Source of the DNA: a virus | Lineage: Duplodnaviria; Caudoviricetes | Virus record (IMG/VR): IMGVR_UViG_3300025114_000046 | Location: 1-24,187 of that record | Reading direction: 5' to 3' (one strand) | DNA: 24,187 bases | Shown here: piece by piece, positions 9,483-16,899 of the stretch | Layout: the number at the start of each line of letters is the position of its first letter | Position numbering within the stretch: position 1 is the stretch's first letter | The notes under the pieces: generated by a model | What the model was told of the DNA's origin: nothing | Databases searched by the model: none | What the model saw: only the letters and a program-made list of their open reading frames with translations | Translations under genes and position numbers: made by a program

Positions 9483-9797
9483 ATGATTAAATTAAAAGAT
9501 ATTATCAATGAAGCTTATGTATGGGAAAGAAAGTTTGGAGAACCATTACCAAAACTTACTTTTACAAAAGAACCAATTATTACAGAAGATACAAAAGATA
9601 TAGTTCAAGCTAAAAAACTTGCACAAAAATTAGGTAAAATTGAAGCTCGATTGCGTGAAACAATGTATAAGTTAGATGAAAGATTAAATGCAGATATTCC
9701 CAATCAAAAATTATCAAAACCTCTCAGAGATACATATAGAAAAAATATAACAAAATTTATGAGAGAAATGTTAACAATTGTTAAAAGGATGAAATAA
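9483..9797 (+). CDS. Putative internal head protein with MIKLKDIINE leader
   Basis: Shared N-terminal leader plus YVWERKFGEPLPK motif also found in 11907..12356. Confidence 0.55.
   Translation: MIKLKDIINEAYVWERKFGEPLPKLTFTKEPIITEDTKDIVQAKKLAQKLGKIEARLRETMYKLDERLNADIPNQKLSKPLRDTYRKNITKFMREMLTIVKRMK
9510..9575 (+). repeat. 66-bp dispersed repeat, copy 1 (E-x-YVWERKFGEPLPK...EP)
   Basis: 58/66 nt identical to 12006-12071 by manual codon alignment. Confidence 0.85.
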
Positions 9798-10436
9798 ATG
9801 AAACAATTAATAGTAGATTATTTACCATTTGAAGTAAAACCAAAATATATTAGTGAATCATTAAAAGAAAATAATGGACAATTAGTTGTTCAAGGTGTTT
9901 TACAAAGAGCTGATTCTAAAAATCAGAATGGTAGAGTGTATCCAAGAGATATTTTAATGAGAGAAGCAAAAAAATATGCTAAAACATTTATAAAACAACG
10001 TAGAGCTTTAGGTGAATTGGATCATCCAGAAAGTTCTGTTGTTAATTTAAAAAATGTATCCCATAATATTAAAGAAATGCATTGGGAAGATGATAATTTA
10101 CTTGGTGTAGTTGAAGTTTTAGGAACACCAGCCGGAAATATACTAAAAGAATTATTTAAATCTGGTATTAAATTAGGTATATCATCTCGTGGTATGGGAT
10201 CAATAGAAACTGTTAGAGAAAGTGATGATGGTGATAGACAAGAGGTTCAACCAGATTTTGAATTAATTGCGTTTGATTTTGTTTCTAATCCATCAACACA
10301 TGGAGCTTTTATGCATCCGGTAAATGAGGGTATTGATAATGAGGGTATTGATAAAGAAAATCTTAGAGATTCTATTGAATGTGGAGTATATTGCAAAACT
10401 GAATCAATTATACATGATATTATAGCAGGGGCATAA
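9798..10436 (+). CDS. gp21: Prohead core protease (T4 gp21-like)
   Basis: KNQNGRVYP, ALGELDHP (catalytic His), LGISSRGMGS (catalytic Ser), FDFVSNPS. Confidence 0.93.
   Translation: MKQLIVDYLPFEVKPKYISESLKENNGQLVVQGVLQRADSKNQNGRVYPRDILMREAKKYAKTFIKQRRALGELDHPESSVVNLKNVSHNIKEMHWEDDNLLGVVEVLGTPAGNILKELFKSGIKLGISSRGMGSIETVRESDDGDRQEVQPDFELIAFDFVSNPSTHGAFMHPVNEGIDNEGIDKENLRDSIECGVYCKTESIIHDIIAGA
10323..10352 (+). repeat. Perfect 15-bp tandem duplication AATGAGGGTATTGAT x2 (NEGID NEGID)
   Basis: Read directly in the C-terminal tail of the protease gene. Confidence 0.9.
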
Positions 10437-10438
10437 TA

Positions 10439-10711
10439 ATGATTAGCTTAAAATCTTTAGTAAAAAATATGAAAGAAGCTAAGATTACAGCACCAAAGAA
10501 AGGTGTTCAGACTCCATTAGATGCTAAAATTCAAATCCCTGGATATGGTGTAATGACAAGAAAACAATTACAAGGTAGTATCCAAAGAATTCTTACTGAA
10601 ACATTAAAATATGTGAAAAAAGGTCAAATAAAAAACGCGTATAGTGTTTTATACAAAAGAAGTGTTTTGAAAGGATTTTTAGAAACAGAAATTAAACATA
10701 GTGGGAAATAA
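10439..10711 (+). CDS. Putative internal head protein with MISLKSLVKNMKE leader
   Basis: Basic 90-aa ORF with a variant of the shared N-terminal leader. Confidence 0.5.
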   Translation: MISLKSLVKNMKEAKITAPKKGVQTPLDAKIQIPGYGVMTRKQLQGSIQRILTETLKYVKKGQIKNAYSVLYKRSVLKGFLETEIKHSGK

Positions 10712-10712
10712 A

Positions 10713-11906
10713 ATGTCTAATTATAAAACAATGATGGATACGTGGAAGGATTGGAGATTAGATTTAATTGAAGCTAAAGAAATAATGATAAGCCAAGTTG
10801 AAGTAAGAGATAGAATTTGGTATGGTAAACACGGTGTTCAATATTTGGTATTAAAAACAGGCCCGAATGTTATTCATATGGGACTTGTAAATAGAGGAAA
10901 ACCAGGATATGGTGGAATGTTATTTTCAGATAAGACAAAACTTACTCGAAAGAATTTTGATAGTCAAATAAGAACAAATTTAATAAAGAAAATTACTCGT
11001 GGTAATAATACTTTATGGCAAGAATCTAAAACAGAAGGTAGTTTACCAACAACGGTAAAACAAGTTAATTCACCGAAATTAAAAAAAGCAAAACCCCCAA
11101 TTAAAGCTAAACGGGGAAAAGAATTTATAAAACATCATAAAGTTCATAGTGGCCCTCATATAACAGGTAAGGGTGCAGAACACGCAACTTATGACTTTGA
11201 TGATAGTGATTATGATGTAGAAGGTGGTTTACAAAAAAGAAAAAATAAACAAAAACGTGGATATGAACCTGTTGAAAGTATAAATAAAATAGAAACAGAA
11301 ATGTATAAATTAATTAAGGAAGTATCAGGAACAAATGTTGGTACTGGATTAAATACTGGTGATGCGTGGCCAGATGGTATTTTCACTAAATACGGTGAAA
11401 AAAGAATCATTACACCAGCTGGTATGCCGCGGGGGATGGTACAAGTAGTAACCCCGGCGTCAGATTCCGTATATGGTGGGGACGGCAGTCAAATATCTGA
11501 ACCAGATTTAGGTGGTGGTACATTTAAAAGAACTAAAATTACACCTGAATATATTAAAAGTCAAGAAGTATTAAATCCGCATGAATTAAGAGATGATACT
11601 CCACCATTAGCTCCTCAACAAAGAGTTTTTGGCCGTAGAGCATTTGGAACATCACCTGATTATGTTATACCAAAAGAAACTCATAATTATATTGATACTG
11701 CTGAAGATGTATTAACAAAACCAACTACACCACCTGAGGGAACAAAATCTGGTGGAATACCATCAACACCAGAACCTGGTTCTACAAGTAAGAGTGGATA
11801 TAGACAATTACAAAAAGGTGGTAAGAATATTATAAAAGATTTAGATAAAATGTATATTCTAAAAATGTTAGGTCAGTATGATTCTAAAAGAGAGGGAGTT
11901 AGTTAA
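10713..11906 (+). CDS. Putative modular internal head protein (Pro/Gly-rich C-terminal half)
   Basis: The ATG at 10713 is more plausible than the GTG at 10701; leader ends in LIE; internal ESKTE (11022-11036), ESIN and LIKE linkers. Confidence 0.55.
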   Translation: MSNYKTMMDTWKDWRLDLIEAKEIMISQVEVRDRIWYGKHGVQYLVLKTGPNVIHMGLVNRGKPGYGGMLFSDKTKLTRKNFDSQIRTNLIKKITRGNNTLWQESKTEGSLPTTVKQVNSPKLKKAKPPIKAKRGKEFIKHHKVHSGPHITGKGAEHATYDFDDSDYDVEGGLQKRKNKQKRGYEPVESINKIETEMYKLIKEVSGTNVGTGLNTGDAWPDGIFTKYGEKRIITPAGMPRGMVQVVTPASDSVYGGDGSQISEPDLGGGTFKRTKITPEYIKSQEVLNPHELRDDTPPLAPQQRVFGRRAFGTSPDYVIPKETHNYIDTAEDVLTKPTTPPEGTKSGGIPSTPEPGSTSKSGYRQLQKGGKNIIKDLDKMYILKMLGQYDSKREGVS

Positions 11907-12356
11907 ATGATTAAATTACAAGAATTATTACCAACTATTTTCAATCCTACTTCAGATTGTGAATGTGGTGGAACTCATAAAAGATGTGATTGTGAAATTA
12001 TAAAAGAATCTTATGTATGGGAAAGAAAATTTGGAGAACCTTTACCAAAGATTTCTTTTAAAGAAGAACCAATGTCAGATATAACAGTTGATGAATCAAA
12101 AGAACAATTAAATGAATGGGGAGATTTATATTCTCATGTAAAATTAGTTCAACAACATATAAATACATTTAATAAAGATATAGACGCTAAAAGAGGTGGT
12201 TCGTTTGATGCAGATAGTGTAGAATATGAAGCTGATAGATGGCATAACAACAGTAAAATGTTAAAAGGTAGAGATAAAAAATTGGGTATGTGGGAAAAGA
12301 AAGTTAAGAAAACTTTAGACAGTCTCATAAAAGATTATGTGAAAGCTTGGAAATAA
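11907..12356 (+). CDS. Putative internal head protein with MIKLQELL leader, Cys cluster and WERKFGEPLP motif
   Basis: Leader variant; CECGGTHKRCDC; IIKE, VDE and LNE candidate cleavage sites. Confidence 0.55.
   Translation: MIKLQELLPTIFNPTSDCECGGTHKRCDCEIIKESYVWERKFGEPLPKISFKEEPMSDITVDESKEQLNEWGDLYSHVKLVQQHINTFNKDIDAKRGGSFDADSVEYEADRWHNNSKMLKGRDKKLGMWEKKVKKTLDSLIKDYVKAWK
12006..12071 (+). repeat. 66-bp dispersed repeat, copy 2
   Basis: 58/66 nt identical to 9510-9575. Confidence 0.85.
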
Positions 12357-12369
12357 AAAGGACAAATTA

Positions 12370-14778
12370 ATGCCTTTCAAATCAGAAAAACAGAGAAAAT
12401 GGATGCACGCTAATAAACCTAAAATGGCTAAGAAGTGGGAAAAGGAAGAAGAATCTGTAACTGAAGCCGTTAAAGACCCAAAACTTAAAGTCGGACAAAA
12501 GATTAGACATAAGAGTGATCCACGAAGATTATATATATTGAAAAAAATTACACACGGTAATAGTGGAATACCTGAAGACCCAGCAGGAACAAGTTATATG
12601 TTTGTTGCACCAGGTAATAGAAAAGAATATCATACAAAGAAAACTTGGGCTCAAGCAATAAAAAAGGGATGGATTATACCTGAATCCGTAAGTGAAGATA
12701 GAGATTATAAGGATGAATATAAAAAATTCCAGTCATCTACTAAAGCAAAAAAATATAGAGCAGAATTAAATCAATATAATAGAAAAAAAGGTACTTATGG
12801 TAATGGGGATGGTAAAGATGCTTCACATAAAGGTGGAAAAATTGTTGGATTTGAAGCAGAATCTAAAAATCGTGGTAGAGCAGAAAAGAGTAGATTGAGA
12901 AAAGAAGATATAACTATGTTAGAAGCTAAATTTACTGATGATACTTTAGCCCCCAGAATTAAACATTGGGCGAGTAAACATAAAGGTACAGGGATAGGAT
13001 ATGGTCATGTACTTGGTCAGTTAGCAGTTCATATGAAAGAAATGGGTTGGAATAAAAGTTATAAAGAAGTTGCAAGAGTTGCAATAGAATTGGGTAAGAA
13101 GAAAAAAGTTGAATCCGTAGATGAAGGAACTTGTGGATATACTCATACAATAGATGGTAAAAAATTAAAAACACCTGGTGGTATAAATGATGATGATATT
13201 GATAAAACTGAATCTATAATTGTAGAATTTGATAAGTATCGTTTAGGTGGGTTACTTGATAGTAAATTAAAGAAAAGATTAGAACGTACTATTAAAATTA
13301 TTGGTGGTAAAGTAGATGCGGTAGGTGATGATTATGTTAAATTTAGAATTGGTGGTATGGATTTAAGTAGATTACCAGCAGTTATTACTAAATTAGATAG
13401 AAATAAAAATGTTTGGATTAGTGATAGATATAATAAAAATATTTGGGATAGAAAAAGAAATATTGATAGATTAAGTGAAGGTTCAAAGGATTGGGAAAAA
13501 TATTTTACATGGGCTAATAAAAAACAATTAGATGTAATTTCAAAATTTGTCATGATGGATCCTGAAGGTGTTAAAGGTATTTTAAAAATGATGAAAAAAA
13601 GTCCAAAAGGATTTAAACAATTTGTAAAAGACGCTGCAAAAAAAGGATTAGGTGAAGGATTTGGTGGAGAGTTAAACGAAAAAGATAAAGCAAAATTTGA
13701 AAAAGCAAGAAAAGCTAATGCAGAAGTTTTGGGGTTTGAGTTAACTGGTGTTACAGATGTAAAAGAATTTACAAACGAAGGTAAGTGGTCTAAAATTATG
13801 ACGAGTGTTCGTAAAGGAAGTAAAGCAGGCCCTTGGTCTATCGTAGTATATGATAAAGCAAAAAGAAAAGTAATACACAATAGAATAGTAAAAATATTAC
13901 AACAGATTCCTGCTCACTATGAAGATGTAAAGAAAAAATATCCAAGAGCTTCAATTGGTATTGAAGATAAACACGGTCAAAGGGTATATACTGAATCTAT
14001 AAACGAAGGTACAAAAGCATTTCGTGCGTATCGTGAAATGAAGGAAGCATTAAACGTTGCTATTTATGGAATTAAAAAAATGAGAAAATTTATTGATGAC
14101 GCTCCATATAATCCAAAATTTAATATGATTACAAAAGAATTATATAAGTGGGAAATAGATTTAGAGAAAAAATGGCGTAGAGTTGTTCCACAAATATCAA
14201 AAATTTCTAAAGATAAAATGTTAGAATCCGTAAATGAAAAAATGAGTCCAGCTCAATATCATAGCTATATGCAATATGTTTTCGATACTCAATTTAAAAC
14301 ACCAGATGAAAAGAAGATGAAAAAGAGTATCATTAAAAAAATAAATGTTGCTCAAAAGAAAAAAGGTTTACCATTATATAAAGAATCTGTAAATGAAAAA
14401 TGGTCAAAAGGTTTAGAGAGATATAAAGTTACTTTAGAAAATGGTAAAGAAATAGATGTTAAAGTTAAAGAAGGTGTAGGTTTAGAAGGTATAGGAAAAT
14501 TATTAGAAAAAGAAGGTTTGAAATTTGAAAAAATTACAAAAAAAGCATCTCGTCCTACCCTAACTCCAGAATCCGTAAATGAAGCTAGAGAAACTGCAAT
14601 TGATATAGCAAAAAGAGTTGTTAAAAATAAACAACACGAAAAGGGTTTAGATTTAACTACAGCAAATTTTATAGTAAAAATATATGATGCTTATAAAGAA
14701 CATCCAAATTTACAAAGACAAATGAAGAAAATGCCGTTACCAAAAATGGTTAAATTAGCGTATAAGGTGATGAAATGA
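12370..14778 (+). CDS. Putative capsid-cargo polyprotein: about 13 basic modules separated by E-S-(V/I)-x-E linkers
   Basis: ESVTE, ESVSE, ESVDE, ESIIVE, EFTNE, ESINE and ESVNE x3 in frame, with weaker MLE, LSE and LGE/LNE sites between them; the modules share no evident similarity with each other. Confidence 0.6.
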   Translation: MPFKSEKQRKWMHANKPKMAKKWEKEEESVTEAVKDPKLKVGQKIRHKSDPRRLYILKKITHGNSGIPEDPAGTSYMFVAPGNRKEYHTKKTWAQAIKKGWIIPESVSEDRDYKDEYKKFQSSTKAKKYRAELNQYNRKKGTYGNGDGKDASHKGGKIVGFEAESKNRGRAEKSRLRKEDITMLEAKFTDDTLAPRIKHWASKHKGTGIGYGHVLGQLAVHMKEMGWNKSYKEVARVAIELGKKKKVESVDEGTCGYTHTIDGKKLKTPGGINDDDIDKTESIIVEFDKYRLGGLLDSKLKKRLERTIKIIGGKVDAVGDDYVKFRIGGMDLSRLPAVITKLDRNKNVWISDRYNKNIWDRKRNIDRLSEGSKDWEKYFTWANKKQLDVISKFVMMDPEGVKGILKMMKKSPKGFKQFVKDAAKKGLGEGFGGELNEKDKAKFEKARKANAEVLGFELTGVTDVKEFTNEGKWSKIMTSVRKGSKAGPWSIVVYDKAKRKVIHNRIVKILQQIPAHYEDVKKKYPRASIGIEDKHGQRVYTESINEGTKAFRAYREMKEALNVAIYGIKKMRKFIDDAPYNPKFNMITKELYKWEIDLEKKWRRVVPQISKISKDKMLESVNEKMSPAQYHSYMQYVFDTQFKTPDEKKMKKSIIKKINVAQKKKGLPLYKESVNEKWSKGLERYKVTLENGKEIDVKVKEGVGLEGIGKLLEKEGLKFEKITKKASRPTLTPESVNEARETAIDIAKRVVKNKQHEKGLDLTTANFIVKIYDAYKEHPNLQRQMKKMPLPKMVKLAYKVMK
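12451..14583 (+). repeat. Interspersed 15-bp linker repeat, consensus GAATC(C/T)GTAnnTGAA
   Basis: Copies start at 12451, 12682, 13111, 14224, 14383 and 14569 (14224 and 14569 are identical GAATCCGTAAATGAA); divergent copies at 13993, 13765 and 13210. Confidence 0.8.
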
Positions 14779-15062
14779 TTAAATTAAAAGATATATTAAC
14801 AGAAAAAAAAGAACTCGGTGGTGCACTTATTAATAAAATAGAGCAACTTACTGATAGAAATGCTCATACAGAAGCTAGAATGACTTTGGCAAAAGAAGTA
14901 GATAAAAATTTATGGAAAGCATATGAAGGACTTAATGCAGCTCAAAATTATTTAAGACGAGCAAATGAAACAAATATTGTTCGAAATGTATTAGACAAAA
15001 AATTATTCGCATATGCTAAAAAGAAATTTAGTGATTATTATTCTATAGAGAGAGCATTTTAA
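14775..15062 (+). CDS. Putative internal head protein with MIKLKDILTE leader
   Basis: ATGA overlap with the upstream gene; leader nearly identical to that of 9483..9797. Confidence 0.55.
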   Translation: MIKLKDILTEKKELGGALINKIEQLTDRNAHTEARMTLAKEVDKNLWKAYEGLNAAQNYLRRANETNIVRNVLDKKLFAYAKKKFSDYYSIERAF

Positions 15063-15442
15063 TGAAAATAACTAAATCACAATTACAAGAACTTATTAAA
15101 GAAGCTTTTCAAGATGGATTTTTTGATGAAGTAACTGAAGAAATTTTAAATGATGATAGAGAAGTAGATTATTTATTAAAAGCGTTTTTGTCAGAATTAA
15201 AGAAAAAGAAAGTTGTTCGAGGTAAGAAATTATTCAAAAAAGTTATCTGTCCTAAAAATAAAAGGTATGTAGCGGCACTTAAAAAGTGTGTTGTTAAGAC
15301 AGCCGGTGAGAAAGCTAGGAAAAGAAGGGCAATGAAAAAAGCCGCAAGGAAAAAAAGAGGTAAGATGGCTCAAATTGTTAGAAAACGTAAGAAGTCAATG
15401 AAAAAACGTAAAGCGTTTGGGTTGAGAAGAAAAAAACGATGA
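15062..15442 (+). CDS. Prohead core protein, T4 gp68-like basic C-terminus
   Basis: MKITKSQLQELIKE leader, acidic middle, extremely K/R-rich tail ending RKRKKSMKKRKAFGL, resembling the recalled gp68 C-terminus RKRKKALKRRKALGL. Confidence 0.5.
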   Translation: MKITKSQLQELIKEAFQDGFFDEVTEEILNDDREVDYLLKAFLSELKKKKVVRGKKLFKKVICPKNKRYVAALKKCVVKTAGEKARKRRAMKKAARKKRGKMAQIVRKRKKSMKKRKAFGLRRKKR

Positions 15443-15774
15443 GTAAAAAAACAGTATATAAAGATTTAATGGAAAAAGAATTACACGAGGCCATTGGAAC
15501 ACCACCGCCTTTTAGTTCATCTGAAGCAAAAATACAAGTTGATAAGGATTTAATCGTAATGTCAAAACATTTAGGTAAAGCGTCTCAACAAGTTATTAAA
15601 ATTATGATGGATGGAGTAAAGAGTGGAAAATATGATGCGATGGATTTAGCAAGAGGTATTGAAGTTGGGCCCGCTAAAAGAACACATTATGGTGAAACAG
15701 ATTTTATTAAACAATTATGGGTTAAGGTAAGAAGCGGCTTTAGACGGTATTCTAAACGTGGAAAATTAAGATAG
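15439..15774 (+). CDS. Hypothetical protein, possibly internal head protein
   Basis: ATGA overlap; leader ends in ELHE|A. Confidence 0.5.
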   Translation: MSKKTVYKDLMEKELHEAIGTPPPFSSSEAKIQVDKDLIVMSKHLGKASQQVIKIMMDGVKSGKYDAMDLARGIEVGPAKRTHYGETDFIKQLWVKVRSGFRRYSKRGKLR

Positions 15775-15777
15775 GTT

Positions 15778-15785
15778 ATATTTAT
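15778..15785 (+). promoter_or_regulatory. Putative late promoter motif ATATTTAT
   Basis: TTATATTTATTTATA in the gap, followed by AGGGAG SD; would drive the 230-aa gene and bS21. Confidence 0.65.
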
Positions 15786-15825
15786 TTATAGTAAGGTAAT
15801 GACAGGTTAATAGGGAGATTATAAA

Positions 15826-16518
15826 ATGTCAAAACGAATAAAATTAAAAGATATTTTAAATGAAAATTTTACAAGAATGCCAATGGGTGGTATGATTGGT
15901 GGTGGTGTTGTGACAATTAAACCAATAAATTCCACGAGTTTATCTGGAATTGTAAAAGAAAAATTTGGTGATGTTGACGAAAAAGTTGATGTTAAACTAT
16001 TGACCAAAGAAATTTCAAATTATAATAATATTGGTAAGTCTATTTTTGAAAGATCAAATTTAAAAGATGTTGCAGAAAAATTGAGTTGGATGGCTAATTC
16101 AGTTAAAAATCATACTCTTCAAGAAACAGAAGATTGGTTTGATAAGATTACAGTTAATCGTAATATGAAAGAGTTAACTGGCCTTTCAAAGTCTTTTAAT
16201 AAAATTTCAACTGAAGCTCAAACACTTCAAGAAAGAATGAGTGGTCTTTATGAAGATATGGGTCATATTCTTGGTAGATATTATGATATTGATGAGATGG
16301 GAGAAGGATCTAAATCTTATAGACACGGTGATGAAGATAATGAAGATAATGCTAAAGTAAAAGAGGTTGAAGGTGACAAGGCGGAATATCAGAAATTTTT
16401 TATGGCAGCATTAAAGAAATTTGGAGTGAAAGAACCAGATCAACTTCCTGATGAGAAAAAAGCAGAGTTTTATAACTATGTTGATGCTAATTGGAAGGGT
16501 GATAACGAATCAGATTAG
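15826..16518 (+). CDS. Putative head protein with IKLKDILNE leader, coiled-coil core and small C-terminal domain
   Basis: Leader variant; acidic linker followed by YQKFFMAALKKFGV...EFYNYVDANWKG module. Confidence 0.55.
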   Translation: MSKRIKLKDILNENFTRMPMGGMIGGGVVTIKPINSTSLSGIVKEKFGDVDEKVDVKLLTKEISNYNNIGKSIFERSNLKDVAEKLSWMANSVKNHTLQETEDWFDKITVNRNMKELTGLSKSFNKISTEAQTLQERMSGLYEDMGHILGRYYDIDEMGEGSKSYRHGDEDNEDNAKVKEVEGDKAEYQKFFMAALKKFGVKEPDQLPDEKKAEFYNYVDANWKGDNESD

Positions 16519-16533
16519 ATTGTTGGAGGTTAT

Positions 16534-16719
16534 TTGATTTATATAAAAGTTATAAATAATAATATAGAAAAAGCTTTAAGAAAATTAAAGAAAGAAGTTA
16601 AAGAAACTAAGTTATTATTAGAATTAAAACAAAACGAATATTATAGAAAACCTTCTGAAATACGAAGAGAACGAAAAGCGAAAGCTAAAATTAGACAAAA
16701 AAAATTTATTGAAAATTGA
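16534..16719 (+). CDS. rpsU: Phage-encoded 30S ribosomal protein bS21
   Basis: 61 aa, IKV..NNIEKALRKLKK...LLELKQNEYYRKPSEIRR matches the bS21 pattern (E.ALR.FK...YEKPS..R); TTG start with GGAGGT SD at 16525-16530. Confidence 0.88.
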   Translation: MIYIKVINNNIEKALRKLKKEVKETKLLLELKQNEYYRKPSEIRRERKAKAKIRQKKFIEN

Positions 16720-16738
16720 GTGTTTTTTATGAATCTAT

Positions 16739-16746
16739 ATATTTAT
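16739..16746 (+). promoter_or_regulatory. Putative late promoter motif ATATTTAT for the scaffold/capsid operon
   Basis: TATATATTTATATAT in the gap after bS21. Confidence 0.65.
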
Positions 16747-16759
16747 ATATACATAAAAA

Positions 16760-16886
16760 TACATCACGACCAACTCGGTCAGCATGTGATGTAATCGAAT
16801 TTTAATCACATTATAGTTCCAAATAACTATATTAAATCCATACAAAATTTATTCCCTAATTTTTGGTCGAATGGGAATTATAATTT
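16760..16886 (+). promoter_or_regulatory. Structured 5' leader with three stem-loops upstream of scaffold/major capsid genes
   Basis: TACATCAC(16760-67)/GTGATGTA(16786-93) with inner GACC/GGTC; TATAGTT(16812-18)/AACTATA(16825-31); ATTCCC(16851-56)/GGGAAT(16873-78); ends immediately before AAGGAGA SD (16887-16893). Confidence 0.55.
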
Positions 16887-16899
16887 AAGGAGAATAGTA

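Noticed and set aside
9279-10436. Stop-codon readthrough or recoding joining in-frame genes that abut as TAA-ATG (also at 4312/4313 and 11906/11907)
   Set aside because: TAA is not a known reassigned stop in phages, and each downstream ORF has its own plausible N-terminus. TAG and TGA also end genes at sensible places, so the standard code fits
12451-14583. Linker repeats as a CRISPR array
   Set aside because: Repeats are only 15 bp, degenerate, in frame within an ORF and separated by about 100-550 bp; no cas genes are present
16747-16899. tRNA in the bS21-scaffold gap
   Set aside because: No cloverleaf, T-loop GTTCRA or acceptor stem; only separate hairpins
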